This document shows positions 1 through 13,599 of a stretch of DNA of 64,000 nt, piece after piece. How positions within the stretch are numbered: the stretch's first letter is position 1; each line of letters opens with the position of its first letter. The translations under genes and the position numbers were made by a program. The notes under the pieces were generated by a model that had not been told where the DNA came from, made no database searches, and saw nothing but the letters and a program-made list of their open reading frames with translations. The DNA comes from Somniosus microcephalus (lineage: Eukaryota). The DNA lies in NCBI GenBank assembly GCA_052327205.1, contig CM126216.1, positions 110,794,001 through 110,858,000 on the forward strand, in the 5' to 3' direction.

Positions 1-429
1 GTAGATTTGATCAGATACCTTACAGATAGTGCAATTTAGGTAAACGCTACAGACAGTGTATACTTTGCATTGCTATATGCAACATACATAGATTACGTTC
101 TATTCTATGCATCTTGCATATAGCAATGTGCATACAAAACTATACAGAAACTATTTGTAAGTCACAAAAGCGTTCGCTGGTAGTGTAACTGACGATAACC
201 GCTATTTCCTCTGCCGCCTCAGCGTAGATACTTTTAGGGAACTAATAGCCTATATTTCAAGCTTGTTTGTATCGGAATGGGAAGACATTTCGCAATCTTG
301 CCAATCTTGCCAAGTGCTTCGCTCACAAATGCTATTCAAAATGTTTTTATCTTCAAGAGAAAAATCCCCCAAAAAAAGCGAAGACCGACTGTATCAGGAA
401 TAAACCCAACAAATGCGAGTGTTTGCAGA

Positions 430-570
430 GCTATGGGGAAATGCAACATTAACAGGGCGATGGGGAAAGAGTAGGGGAGTGGGACTCATTGGAGAGCTCT
501 TTCAAAGAGCCAGCACCGGTACGATGGGCCTATGGGCCTCCTTCAGTGCTGTATCAGTCTAGGATTCTAG
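430..570 (+). mobile_element. CR1-type LINE/SINE 3' tail fragment
   Basis: GATGGGCC..GGCCTCCTTC.GTGCTGTA..GATTCTA 3' end, similar to 2065-2261. Confidence 0.6.
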
Positions 571-719
571 TACCACGAGGAATGCAATTTGGAACTGTTA
601 AAAAAAAAACACAAGTTTTCCCCCATCAAAGACGTTTGCACCGATATGCTGCTATGGTAGCACAGAAATATTTTTTTGTTTTAAAGAAAAAAGTACTGCC
701 CACGTCTGTGGCGGTACAA

Positions 720-1720
720 AGAAAAGGGGTTTCTTCTCCACTTCCTCGCTTCTATAGGGTGACCAGAAGTTGGTCATGTGTTTGACTGTCATGTTTCTGG
801 CTTCGGTATTTCTGTTCAAGTTATGCCATCAAGCTAATATATTTTGACTGCTCTTCTCTCTTGTGACAAAGCCTTGCAGCTGCCTCCGAATCAATATATG
901 TCAAAGAGATATGAAAACAATCATGACAGAAGACTTAAAGTCTCCGTACACTGCGCATAATGAATTGCCCCCTGTATTCGCAAGGAACTTGGACACACAA
1001 ACTCATTTATCGTTAACTTTTATTTCTGGTGATTTTTTTTTATTCAGGTAGTTTCCACCCACCCCCTTTCCCATCAGATACTGTCTACATCTGTTGGTTT
1101 TGTAATGCAATTTGTAATTATTACCCTTCATGTGGTCTAGTGCCTTGAATTGTCTTTAATTAAAAGCATAATTAAGGGAAGATCTTAAGCAAGACAATTA
1201 CCAGATGGCTTTTTTTTAATATAAACATTAGCTGGTTTAAGATTTTATTGGTCGACTTCTGATTTTTTTTTGATTTAATATACTAGTCCCCGTCACGTCA
1301 AAGAAAGGAGGAGGTCAGAAAGTCCAATTTCTCCACCGCATTAAACAACACATTTTTATATAACGTCGAATGAATTGCCACATTCAAAATCATTTATATC
1401 AACTGCTTCGTGTTTTAGGCAAACCATTACTGGGGAACAATACGGGGAATGAATAATGTAACAAGTTCAACCTCCTAAACTTGTTACAGCAGAAGATTTC
1501 TGAAGACATTATGCATGAGAGAGAGAGAAACAAGTCAACAGTATAATGTAAATTTAAATTATATACAGCTGCGGATTTCTGCAATTGCTGTCGCTCTGTT
1601 TACCTTCCCTCACTTTTAAAACTGCGAGAAGTAATCATTTCAATTATCTTCACGATATTTACTTTATAACTGTTGTCATCCAGTTGAGAAAGCATAAAAT
1701 GTAAAGTGCACCTTCTCCTC
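720..1720. promoter_or_regulatory. Putative conserved non-coding element cluster upstream of Pax6
   Basis: Non-repetitive, dense in TAAT/ATTA and TGACA/TGTCA motifs; conservation not tested. Confidence 0.35.
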
Positions 1721-2064
1721 ATGGGCTCCCTTTCGCTATTATTGGCCCGATTTGCTTCGTGTTACTTCCCTTGCTTCAATTATTTCAAACATTCCGTCAA
1801 TTATTTATATTTTTAAAAATCCCTTTTTTGTGCTAAATCAGGCATGGCGCATTCTTACTTTACATTTCCGACTTTGCTCCACCGTATTTTCTAATCTGGT
1901 CAATACAATCTGAGGAATTGTTCAGTCCTCCTATTATCCAATTCCTTGTGTTTGTGACATTATTTTATTAGCACTTATTGACAATCCAGAGGCATTCATA
2001 GCTGCTCTTTTTAAAAAACAAAACGAGAATATTGCATTCGCAAAAAGTCTTGCCAATACCTCAT

Positions 2065-2261
2065 CAGGGTGGTGGAGGCAGAATCACTCATGGCTTTCAA
2101 AAGGGAGTTGGATAAGTACCTGAAGGAAAAACAAATTTTCAGGGATACGGGGAAAGGGTGAGGGAGTGGGACTAGCTGAAGTGCTTTTGCAGAGAGCTAG
2201 CACAGGCTCGTCGGGCCGAATGGCCTCCTTCTGTGCTGTAACCATTCTATGATTCTATGAT
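2065..2261 (+). mobile_element. CR1 LINE 3' fragment
   Basis: Ends GGGCCGAATGGCCTCCTTCTGTGCTGTAACC(ATTCTATG)2, the CR1 octamer tail. Confidence 0.8.
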
Positions 2262-3949
2262 AATGTAACAAGTTTTTTTTGCGGGGGGAGGGGGGGATAT
2301 AATATTATGGTAATATGCAGCGGTCGCTCATTATTTCCAGCCCTTTAAACCTACAGTGTGGGGTTTTCGCCTTTTTTTTTGGAAAATTAATTATGTCGAT
2401 CCACAGTAGAGTGTTTAAGATCTCAATCTCTTGAATTCATTTTTTTAATGTAGTGTTTATACGATTCTCACTCACCTGGGACGCAGCAGCTTCACGTGAA
2501 GCCCAGTCCATGTTTAAAAGAACAGCAAGACTTTCTAATTACCTCTAGAGAGAGAGAGGGAGAAAAATACAGAACAAATGTAGAATTATGGCTTGGGTCC
2601 AGGCACACAAGAGGCCATTTTAATTCAGACATTTGGAAAAAAATTGAATAGAAACACTCCTTAGATATTATATTTGTGAACTATCGTCTGATTAGAGCTT
2701 TTCACACCTTCTCATTTTGATCAGTGATTCCATTATTTGTGATTGTCATTAACGATTAGGCGTTAAACATTGAGCAGTGAGAGAATATTGGGGGAAAACC
2801 CTTTGTATAATGCTAATTCAGCATGCGTGCTTTTGTTGTACTTTGCATTATACAAACCTATTTTGTGGAAAAATATGTGTAATTTTTGTTTTTTGAGGGA
2901 ACATCATTTCCCTTGCTTCGGTACACAGCAAGCTCCTACTGGTTTCTATAGCAAGCTGTTGGGCATCTCCTGGTGGCTAGCACCTGGAGTCTTGTAAAAT
3001 TAGCATCGATATAGATTTAGTTGAAATGTAATCTCTTAAATCTATCCCAAGTTACACAGAGATAATTACACTTTCGCTGAATTGCCATGGGTCAGTGTCT
3101 CTGTAGACTCCGAGGAGTTGATTTAGTGACAATAGTGTATACATGAAAAACAGTGTTTGAGATTATAATGTTAATAGATGTACTCACGGGGGACTACAGG
3201 CGGGCTAAAAACTAATTCAGTGTACCCGTAACTTGGCCGCCTCGCCACAGTGCTCGAAATTACTTATGAAGCTTAATTTGAAGGTGGGAAGATCCCGATG
3301 TAATTAAAGGCAAGACCGAGAATTAACATCACTAGGGTACTGGGCAGCACATCAAACGGTAAATGTTACTCAGTGAGTTTTTTTTAAATATTGTTTTATC
3401 TAAATGTATGTTAGCCCACGCCTATTGTGTAACACAATGCTGAGCGATGCAGTCTACAATGGGGCAACATCGTGCTAGAATATTGCCCCAGGGTTAATGG
3501 GCTTGCTCATAAGACACAGTAGAAAACCAGGGTGTGACATTCTATTAGAATATTTAATATTTGTGAACTAAAAGCAGTTATATGAAATAACCCAGAAACA
3601 CGGGCTGTTGCTAAGAGCTACAACAGTACCAGATGGACGACAGGCCAAGGAACACAAATACAAAGGCAAGTCCGGGTAAGATGCCAGAAGGCACTTCTTC
3701 AGGCAGAGACTGATCAGAACGCAGATGTTCTTCCAGGTAGGTCAGAGCAGGTGAAATCTATGAAGTCACTCAAGGAACAGTCCGGTTGTGTTGGGGGAGA
3801 GAAGAGCGGGGGTTGGGGGGGGGGGGAGTTGCTTAGGGTTCCACATTATAGAAGGACAAACCCCAGGGCCTCCCTCATCAACTCTTTGTGAGTAAAACTC
3901 CACCCTACCTTTTGTTCATAAACCAGGTTGTCTCGAAAACCAGTACACC

Positions 3950-4200
3950 AATGGCGGCCATGCTTCAGCTGCCTAGGCCCTAAGCTCTGGAATTCCCTTC
4001 CTAAACCTCTCCACATCTCTACCCTTCTTTCTCCCCCATTAAGATGCTCCTTAAAACCTACCTCTTTGACCAAGCTTTTGGGCACCTGTCCTAATGCCTC
4101 CTTCTTTGGCTTGGTGTCAATTTTGTTTGACTGATATTGCTCCTGTGAAGTGTCTTCGGATTTTTTACTATGATAAAGGCACTATATAAATGAAACTTAT
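3950..4200 (+). mobile_element. L2 LINE 3' fragment
   Basis: GPKLWNSLP..LKP-like coding remnant and TATATAAATG tail shared with other copies in the window. Confidence 0.75.
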
Positions 4201-4659
4201 TGACTCCATTCTGGTCCCTGTGCCCCTATTTAGTGGTGAACTGCAGTTTACACCATCACTCACCAACGGGGAATTCGATTAGTTCCTTTTCCTGGTCAAG
4301 TGTTCTCAGCAGGATGGCAACACTGTGGTAGTTTTATAAAATAAATCTTCCCACAATTTTGTGTCTTAAAATAATAATTGGCGTTCACCACCATAGAACA
4401 CTGTTGGAAACTCACTGCACAAGTAGGACACAGTGTGGGAACATAATATATCACAAGCTGATCTTCTCCACACCACATTATGTACATGGCTTAGAACATT
4501 GGGTGCAGCATTGTGCTTGTGAAAGGCCTACTAAAATGTATTGCATAATATATAATTTAACTGCAGAAAACAAAATCATCAATACCTGAAATTTGGCGTA
4601 CCTATCTACAAGTCAAACATTCTTTACTATCTTATTTTACACATTTACCTGTGCTACAA

Positions 4660-5760
4660 CATCTCAATTTCCCCTCCAATTAAACATTGGGAAGGCCGAA
4701 GAAATTGTCTTCCCTTGCCATCAATTCCATCCCTCTCCCTGACCACTGTCTCAAGCTGAACCAGACAGTTCGCAACCTTTGCGTCATATTTGACCATAAA
4801 CTGAGCTTCCGACCCCATATTTTCTCTATTATAAAGATTACCTATTTGCAGCTCTGTTAAAATTCCCGTCGCTGCCCCTGCCTCATCTCATCTGCTGCTC
4901 AAACCCTCATCCATTCTTTTCTTATTCAAGACTTGACTGTCCCAACGTTCTCCTGTCAATCCTCCCATCTTCTACCCTCCATAAACTTGAGCTCATCCAA
5001 AACTCTGCTTCACGTATCCTAACTCGCACCAAGTCCCGTTCACCCATCACCCGTGTACTCACTGCCACGTGTCCTAACCCACACCAAGTCCCGTTCACCC
5101 ATCACCCATGTGCTCACTACCCCATGTCCTAACCCACACCAAGTCCCGTTCACCCATCACCCCCTGTGCTCACTGCCCCGTGTCCTAACCCACACCAAGT
5201 CCCATTCACCCATCACCTGTGTACTCACTGACTTGTATCCTAACCCACACCAAGTCCTGCTCACCCATCACCCGTGTACTCACTGCCCCGTGTCCTAACC
5301 CACACCAAGTCCCATTCACCCATCACCCGTGTACTCACTGACTTGCATTGGCTCCCGGTCGACCGATGCCTTGATTTTAAAATTCTCATCCTCCTGTTCA
5401 AATCCATCCATGGTCTTGCCCCTCCCTATCTCTGTAACCTTCTCCAGCCGTACAACCCTCCGAGAAAACTGCGCTCCTAAAACTCTGGCCTCTTGTGCAT
5501 CCCCGAATTCCTTCGCTCTACCATTGGCGGCCGCGCCTTCAGCTGTCTAGGCCCTAAGCTCTGAAATTCTCTCCCTAAACCTCTCCACCTCTCTCTCTCT
5601 TCCTTTTTAAGATGCACTTTAAAACTTACCTCTTTGACCAAGCTTTTAGTCGCCTGTCCTAATGTCTCCTTATGTGGCTCGGTGTCAGTTTTGTGTCTGG
5701 TTACGCTTCTGTGAAGTTTGGAACGTTTTACTACATTAAAGACACTATATAAATGCAAGC
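4660..5760 (+). mobile_element. 5'-truncated L2 LINE with an internal minisatellite
   Basis: Remnant SPITRVLTDLHWLPVDRCLDFKILILLFKSIHGLAPPYL, typical of the L2 ORF2 C-terminus; tail TATATAAATGCAAG. Confidence 0.85.
5010..5340 (+). repeat. ~55-bp minisatellite, 6 copies
   Basis: RTCCTAACCCACACCAAGTCCCGTTCACCCATCACCCGTGTACTCACTG unit recurs at 5016, 5071, 5126, 5182, 5237 and 5292. Confidence 0.95.
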
Positions 5761-6329
5761 TGCTCAGTAGGCACAACCAACAATGGGAAACAATTAAAAT
5801 GTATTGTAAAAAAAATGATCATAATGATTATATATGAAATAAATATCTGGCTTGACAGCGACTTAAAGGTGAAAGTCAATCAGAGGATTCAACGAATGCA
5901 TGTTTCAGGACACGATCAGTTGCATTGCAAATTTCTCATTACAATTTTGTATGTATCATTTGTAAACTGATTGGAGTTTCCCTTTAAATTAATTACTCAG
6001 GAAGAATTGCAGCTGCACAGTAAATGGCCCCTTGTAATTTCAGGTCAGTAACTTCAGCTCTATTATAAGAAAATTACAGTCATAGTTTGTTTATAGTACA
6101 GGGCATTGAATCTCTTTGTATCTTATGGGGGAAAGTGCAAGTTCAGTTACTGAAAAATGCAGTTTATACCATGCTCATCTGCTGAAGGACTATCGAATAC
6201 AGAAGTCTTTCAACACTAACATTGCACCTCTCTTCCTTTCAGGTCTGGCTGCACTTGCGAAAATTCTCTGAATTGCAATGTAAGTTTAAGTATTTGGCTA
6301 TTGAAGTCCCAACTGTACATGTGTACAGT

Positions 6330-6510
6330 ACTGTGGTTAGGGTACTGGAATGGTAACCCAGAGGTTGGGTATTCAACTCCCACTATGGCAGGTTGTGAAA
6401 TTGAATTCAACTAATTTGGTAATCTGTGGGCTAGCTTCAGGAGAATGACCATGAAAACCGCAGGGTTGTTGTAAAACCCCAACTGGTTCCCCGATGTCCT
6501 TCAGGGAAGG
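6330..6510 (+). mobile_element. Degenerate SINE fragment
   Basis: B-box-like TTCAACTCCCACTATGGCAG..GAAATTGAATTCAA; similar piece near 30150 (GTTCAAATCCCACC..GAAGTTGAATCCAA). Confidence 0.5.
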
Positions 6511-6607
6511 GCGCCTGACCCAGAGTGCTCTACAGATTAAAAACAAGCTCTTACAAGAACTAATTGCAACTTTTAGTTCCTGGACTTTGTAATACCTCTA
6601 AGAAGTC

Positions 6608-6791
6608 AATAACAACAACTTGCATTTATATAGTGCCTTTAATGTAATAAATCATCCCCAGACGCTTCGCAGGAACGTTATCAAACAAAATTTGACACCG
6701 AGCCACATAAGGAGATATTAAGACAGGTGACCAAAGCTTGGTCAAAGGGGTAGGTTTTAAGAAGTGTCTTAAATAAGGACAGAGAGGCAGA
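6608..6791 (-). mobile_element. L2 3' end (left part, split by CR1 insertion)
   Basis: AACAACAACTTGCATTTATATAG tail; continues at 8319. Confidence 0.8.
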
Positions 6792-8320
6792 GAAGTAGAA
6801 ATAGTAGATGCATTGCTGGTCATCTTCCAAAATTCTATAGACTCTGGAATAGTTCCCATGGATTGGAGGGTAGCTAATGTAACCCCACTATTTAAAAAAA
6901 TTGGTAGAGAGAAAACAGGGAATTATAGACCGGTAAGCCTGACATCGGTAGTGGGGAAAATGCTAGAGTCCATTATAAAAGATGTAATAGCAGAGCACTT
7001 GGAAAACAGTGACAGGATCGGACAAAGTCAACATGAATTTACAAAAGGTAAATCATGCTTGACTAATCTACTGGAATTTTTTGAGGATGTAACTGGTAGA
7101 ATAGATAAGGGAGAACCAGTGGATGTGGTGTAATTGGACTTTCAGAAGGCTTTTGATAAGGTCCCGCATAAGAGATTGGCGTGCAAAGTTAAAGCACATG
7201 GGATTGGGGGTAAGGTACTGACTTGGATAGAGAACTGGTTGGCAGACAGGAAGCAAAGAGTTGGAATAAACGGGTCTTTTTCCGAGTGGCAGGCAGTGAC
7301 TAGTGGGGTACCGCAGGGATCAGTGCTAGGACCCCAGCTATTCACAATATATATTAATGATCTAGATGAGGGAACTAGATATAATATCTCCAAGTTTGCA
7401 GATGACACAAAGCTGGGTGGGCATGTGTGCTGTGAGGAAGATGCAGAGAAACTCCAGTATGATTTGGACAGGTTGGGTGATTGGGCAGATGCATGGCAGA
7501 TGCAGTATAATGTGGATAAATGTGAGGTTATCCACTTTGGTGGCAAAAACAGGAAGGCAGATTATTATCTGAACGGCAATAGATTGGGAAAAGGGGAAAT
7601 GCAACGAGACCTGGGTGTCCTTGTGCAACAGTTGCTGAAGGTAAGCATGCAGGTGCAGCAAGCGGTTAAGAAGGCAAATGGTATGTTGGCCATCATAGTG
7701 AGAGGATTCGAGTACAGGAGTAAGGATGTCTTGCTGCAGTTGTACAGGGCTTTGATGAGACCACAGCTTGAGTATTGTGTGCAGTTTTGGTCGCCTTATC
7801 TGAGGAAGAATGTTCTTGCCATGGAGGGAGTGCAGCGAAGATTCACCAGACTGATACCTGGGATGGCAGGAATGACGTATGAAGAGAGATTGGGTCAATT
7901 AGGCTTATATTCGCTACAGCTTAGAAGAATGAGAGGGGATCTCATTGAAACTTATAAAATTCTAACAGGACTAGACAGACTAGTTGCAGGAAGGATGTTC
8001 CCGATGGCGGGGGAGTCCAGAACCAGGGGTCACAGTCTAAGGATAAGGGGTAAGCAATTTAGGACTGAGATGAGGAGGAATTTCTTCACCCAGAGAGTGG
8101 TGGAATTCAATACCACAGAAGGCAATTGAGGCCAACTTATTAAATATATTCAAGAAGGAGTTAGATATATTTCTTAAGGCTAAAGGGATCAAGGGATATG
8201 GGGAGAAAGCAGGGACAGGGTACTGAATTTGGATGATCAGCCATGATCTCATTAAATGGTGGAACAGGCTCAAGGGGTCAAATGGCCTACTCCTGCTCCT
8301 ATCCTCTATGTTTCTATGTT
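6792..8320 (+). mobile_element. 5'-truncated CR1 LINE, reverse transcriptase pseudogene
   Basis: GNYRPVSLTS, DFQKAFDKV, GVPQGSVLGP and KFADDTK motifs; TAA at 7131-7133 interrupts VDVV(Y)LDF; small deletion near 8100; tail TCTATGTTTCTATGTTT. Confidence 0.95.
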
Positions 8321-8545
8321 TAGGGAGGGAATTCCAAAGCTTAGGGCCGAAGCAGCTGAAGACACGTCCACCAATGGTGGAGCGAAGAGCCAGAATTGGA
8401 GAGGTGCAGAGATTTCGGAGGGTTGTAGGGCTGGAGGAGGTTACAGAGATAGGGAGGGGCGAGGCCATGGAGAGGTTTGAACACAAGGATGAGAATTTTT
8501 AAATTGAGGCATTGCCGGACCGGGAGCCAATGTAGGTCGACGAAC
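8319..8545 (-). mobile_element. L2 fragment (right part of the split element)
   Basis: DLHWLPVRQCLNLKILILVFKPLHGLAPPYL on the minus strand. Confidence 0.8.
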
Positions 8546-8724
8546 ACTGGGGTACTTTGCGCCGATAAATGTCTGCACTGAAAGTGATGCTTTTATTTCA
8601 CACTGAAAGGCTGAAGTCATTTCAAACACTGTCAGTGGTACCAATGACTCATGAAGATGAAAGTTATAATTAGTTTGTGATCGCTGCAAAAATAATTTAG
8701 GGACTTTAATTTAGGGCTCCCGGT

Positions 8725-9144
8725 TAAGCAGCGCTTCGATTTCAAAATTCTCATCCTTGCTTTCAAATCCCTCCATGACCTCGCCCCTTCCCTATATCTG
8801 TAATCTCCTCCAGCTCCACAACCCCCCGAGATATCTGCGCTCCTCTAATTCTGCCCTCTTGAGCATCCCTGATTATAATCACTCAACCATTGGTGGCCGC
8901 GCCTTCTGTTGCCAAGGCTCTAAGCTCTGGAATTCCCTGCCTAAACCTCTCTGCCTCACTACCTCTCTTTCCTCCTTTAAGATGCGCCTTAAAACCTACC
9001 CCTTTGACCAAGCTTTTGGTCACCTGCCCTAATTTATCCTTATGTGGCTCGGTGTCAAATTCTTTGTGTTATAATTCTCCTGTGAAGTGCCTTGGGACGC
9101 TTTAATATGATAAAGGCGCTATATAAATACAAGTTGTTGTTGTT
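8725..9144 (+). mobile_element. L2 LINE 3' fragment
   Basis: STIGGRAF..KLWNSLP..LKTYPFDQAF; tail TATATAAATACAAG(TTG)n. Confidence 0.85.
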
Positions 9145-10118
9145 AAATCATCTAATCATTTAACCCAAATCCTCACATGACTATGTAAAATATGAATGGG
9201 CCTTTGTACTTACAATAGTTCTCAGTTCGGTTCATTAAGACATTTTTGAATGAGTGCTATGCATATATTACTCAGTGGGTACCGACGGAATGTTATGCCA
9301 TGAGGATAAACTTCAAAACCCTCATGTGACTTCTTCAATTATGGGCTGTATGGTTTTCCACACTCATGAAATAAAATAATAATCTATACTGATTGAAAGC
9401 CATGCTAGCACACTGCCACACAAATACTCCACTAGTTACATTGTTAAACTAGGACTTCCTTAAGCCCAAATACTGTACTCTCTACCAACTGTCACAGTAT
9501 AAGGAGTTTCAGTGCAGTCCTGTTACAAGAGAGCATTTGATATGACCCGATTGCAAGTTAGTTATTTGACTATATTATTGTTGTATACCATGACAAGGAG
9601 CACAGTTGGTATTTAATATCAGTTTTCTTATATCAAGATGTTATTACATTAGAGCAATAATTAGCCAGGAGTTATACAGCAGTAACACAGTGTTTATGTT
9701 CTACTAGAATATGTCGATGTTCATGCTTTTATGATTTAGTTTATGCCATAGGTATCCTTGGATTCATTTATTGCCTTATAATATATGCTGGTTATTGAAA
9801 TAAAAATTGTAATATCCCTCTGTCAATGTGACAGTTGTCCATGAGGGATGCAGCACATTGACAGCTGCAGTCCCCACCTTAAATATAAAGTACCACAGAG
9901 AAAGAAATGTTGTATATTGCAAAAGGAAAACAAATACAGGGGAAGGAGTTCAAAGCTGCAATCTAATTCTGTAGTTCAAACGGTAATTGCAAATCATTTG
10001 AACTTTCTTAATGGTGAAAGTTGGTGTTGGTAATAAAAATACAATGGTGACAATTCAACCTCAAGTTGTTGTTACAAGTCTCAAGTATAAGTATGTATAA
10101 TATATACTATGACCCAAA

Positions 10119-10532
10119 TGGCCAGCTGTGGCTCAGTTGGCAGCACACTCGCCTCTAAGTCGTAGAAGTTGTGGGTCTCAAGTCCCACTCCATGGGACTT
10201 GAGCACATAAAACTAGGCTGAGGGAGTGATGAGGTGCTGTCTTTCAGATGAGATGTTAAACTGAGGCCCTATCTGCTTTCTCAGGTGGACGTAAACTATC
10301 CCATGGCACTATTTCAAAGAAGTTTCGGGGAGTTATCCCTGGTGTCCTGGCCAATACTTATCCCTCAACCAACATAACAAAAACATTATCACATTGCTGT
10401 TTGTGGGAGCTTGCTGTGCGTAAATTGGCTGCTGCGTTTCCCACATTACAACAGCGACTCTACTTCATTGGCTGTAAAGTTCTTTGAGATGTCCGGTCAT
10501 GAAAGGCACTATAGATATGCAAGTTTTCTTTC
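10119..10532 (+). mobile_element. tRNA-derived SINE with Deu-like core and L2-type tail (SacSINE1-like)
   Basis: A box TGGCTCAGTTGG, B-box-like GGTCTCAAGTCC, core GTCTTTCAGATGAGATGTTAAACTGAGGCCC, tail TATAGATATGCAAGTTTTCTTT. Confidence 0.8.
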
Positions 10533-10606
10533 AAAGCAGAATATCTCTCTCTTTCCCCCTTTCTCTCTCTCCATCTATTATATGTACACACTTACACTTT
10601 GGAGTG

Positions 10607-10745
10607 TAGAACAACTTGCATTTACATAGCACCTTTAATGTGGTAAACCATCCCAAGGCACTTCACAGGAACGTTATCAAACAAAGTTTGACACCGAGCC
10701 ACATAGGGAGATATTAGGACAGGCAACCAAAAGCTTGGTCAAACA
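10607..10745 (-). mobile_element. L2 3' tail fragment
   Basis: Near-identical to 6610-6745. Confidence 0.75.
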
Positions 10746-11774
10746 GATCAAAGTGCTGGGGTTCTGATGTCTCTATAAATTGGTAAAGTACAGCTCTTGT
10801 GGTTTCTGATGTTTTCAGAAGTTGCAACTTTATAGCTCACTTCCAGCCGTCTTTTATTCTCTGTATTTTGTACCTTCTGAATTGTCTGCTAGAATGGTTG
10901 TATACTTTTGCCCATCCAAATTGATATAGGAGTAATGTTCTGGGTGAACAGATGCAAAAATGTATTTCCTCTTGCACATATAGTGGCACAAAAAGCCTTT
11001 AATGGTTATGCTACTTCCCAGTATCACAGCAGCAAAATTGTACTTCTGGCATTGGCTATTCCTATCACATGAGGTAATGTGGTGGTACAAAGGCAATCAT
11101 GGTGAAAGTCTTCTGTTATGTCACACCATGAGCTATCAAGTCAGCATTTCCAGAGGAATGACATGATGGAAATTTGCGGGTAATACTGGACTCTACAATG
11201 GTTCTGAATGCACCAGTCATAAGCGCATCAAAAAAAATAAACAGATGTAAGATCATCACTATTTCGACTTACAGGTTGTAGTATAATTTTGGAGTTTCAC
11301 TGGTGTAATCTGAGCTCCCTGATGTCACTAAACCTTCTAACCTACTGCAATAAGTATCAGCTGAGTTAACAAGAGGATGGGGCTGGACAGTACCCATAAT
11401 GAGGACAGATATCTCAGGAATCTGAGCCTAGTGGACATGCTGCTCTGTGGGAAATGTACACTGAATTGTATAAGTCTAGTAGACTATTGGAAAATGCAAT
11501 CTAATATGTGCTACTGCCTTTACTTTCAAATGAAAATTCAAATTAATATATCGATCGCATACAACATGTGATCTTGTATACCAGGTGCATCCAATGCCTT
11601 GTCTCTTGTCTGTATTATCTTATTATTTGCATGTACAAACTTCATTCTCCAGAAGTTGAAGGAAAGTACCGCCAAAAATTCAACAGCCATTTTATACAAT
11701 AAAGATGAAAAATAGATGAGCAATAGAAAGCAAGAATTGGATTAAAGAGTTCCAATAATTATTTTGTATTTGTT

Positions 11775-12185
11775 TATTGGATGTGGGCATCGCTGGCAAG
11801 GCCAGCATTTATTGCCCATCCCTAATTGCCCTTGAGAAGGTGGTGGTGAGCCGCCTTCTTGAAGCGCTACAGTCCGTGTGGTGAAGGTACTCCCACAGTG
11901 CTGTTAGGGAGGGAGTTCCAGGATTTTGACCCAGCGACGATGAAGGATCGGCGATATACTTCTAAGCCAGGATGGTGTGTGACTTGGAACTTGGAGGTGG
12001 TGATGTTCCCATGCACCTGCTGCCCTTGTCCTTCTAGGTGGAAGAGGTCACGGGTTTTGGAGGTGCTGCTGAAGAAGCCTTGGCGAGTTGCTGCAGTGCA
12101 TCTTGTAGATGGTACACACTGCAGCCATGGTACACCAGTGGTGGAGGGAGTGAATGCTTGAGGTGGTGGATGGGGTGCCAACTGC
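11775..12185 (-). mobile_element. CR1-clade LINE 3' fragment (second family)
   Basis: RSFIVAGSKSWNSLPNSTVGVPSPHGL remnant followed by a 3'UTR-like segment. Confidence 0.7.
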
Positions 12186-12787
12186 ATTAACTACCTTATA
12201 TCTCATGGCTGGACATCTATTATCCTCTATATAAAACTATCATATCAGTCAGATGATCATGTCTTATTATCAATGATAATTTATAAATAAACTTAAAGAA
12301 AAAGATGTAGAAATGAGAAACGTCCATTCAACCCATCCATCAAACAAGCCCAGTTCAGAATCAATGCAACTATTGTCATCTTTTTCTTCACCCAAGCCTA
12401 TGGCCCTTGTCTTTATTGCTCTCCTTAAATCCTGTCCACTGCCCTTCTCCTATTCCGAACCCATCTGTTACATCTGTATCAGGAATCAATCCAATTCCCA
12501 TTTGAATGCTTCAACTGAGTTAGTATTATTGCACTAGGTGGCAGTCTATTCCATAAGTCAGTGACTACTAGGAAAGTTTTTGTTTAATATTAAGTTTAGC
12601 TCTTGATTTCTTTACTTTAGAATTCTCTCCTATAGTTCTTCTATCCTTCTACATCCACTTAATCAATTTGCTTCATTATATTAAAAAACCTGGCTCGCAT
12701 CCCACTTATTTTTTTCCACAGTTGGATTTGGTTTAGTTTCTTTAATCTCTGTTTGTTTCCCAATGACCTAAAACCTAAAATGATCTG

Positions 12788-12985
12788 AGTTCCCCAATAG
12801 CACAGTGGGTAACATATCACATGATCTGGGTTGGCCACAAAGAACAAGAAGGTCTCAGAACCGATCCCTGCTCTGAGCTAAGCTAGCTCATCCCAGCCAA
12901 GACAGATGTTGGGCAATTACAATTATCCTTGGTGACTCTGAGATAGAAAGAGGGGGAAAATATCATCTAATATTCCTGCTCCTGG
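12788..12985 (+). mobile_element. Old tRNA-derived SINE remnant (AmnSINE2-like)
   Basis: TAGCACAGTGGG A-box; GAAGGTC..GATCCCTGCTCTGAGCTAAGCTAGCTCATCCCAGCC; family assignment from recall only. Confidence 0.4.
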
Positions 12986-13599
12986 AACATCTCCATGAAT
13001 GGACTTTATGTGAGGACAGGGCTGGATTCAGCTCTGACCCCCTTTGACAAGTAACCCAAATCTCCAGACACACACGTGAAGAATAGATGCCTGGGTTCAA
13101 TGGTGGTAGTGCCGATGGAATTGTACCCAGCATAAATCATTGCCTGCAGGAGAGGAAGGAAGAGAATTGAAGGGTGGCAAAAATGCATAATAATACAGCT
13201 GTAGGTTAAACAGATGCAATAAAAATTGTCACATCTGCATTCTGTGTGTATGTGTAGACTTTGATTATATATTACACAAAGCTCCTCAGTCGCATCTGAT
13301 GTGGTTGCTACATAAAGGATGAAAAAATTTACTTTATTTACAACACTATTTAATATACCTATATATATATAATGTTGTATCTAATGCATGTTTTGCCCAA
13401 CAAGGCATACTATTTGTGCCAAGCTTCAGGCGTTGCACTTCAGTCATCATGTCTTGGTATATTGCAGCTGATTCTTTCAAATTCCATGTTCATAAAAGAA
13501 TTCCAACAAATCACACTGAGGGGATAGGGAATGTGATGGAAAGTGGGTAGATAAATGTACAATGAGGAACTATTAAGAATGTACGAAAGCAATGGGAGT

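Noticed and set aside
5010-5340. Regularly spaced repeats resembling a CRISPR array
   Set aside because: No unique spacers, the unit is L2 coding sequence, the context is eukaryotic and there are no cas genes
10119-10195. tRNA gene
   Set aside because: A and B boxes only, no convincing cloverleaf, and it continues into a SINE body
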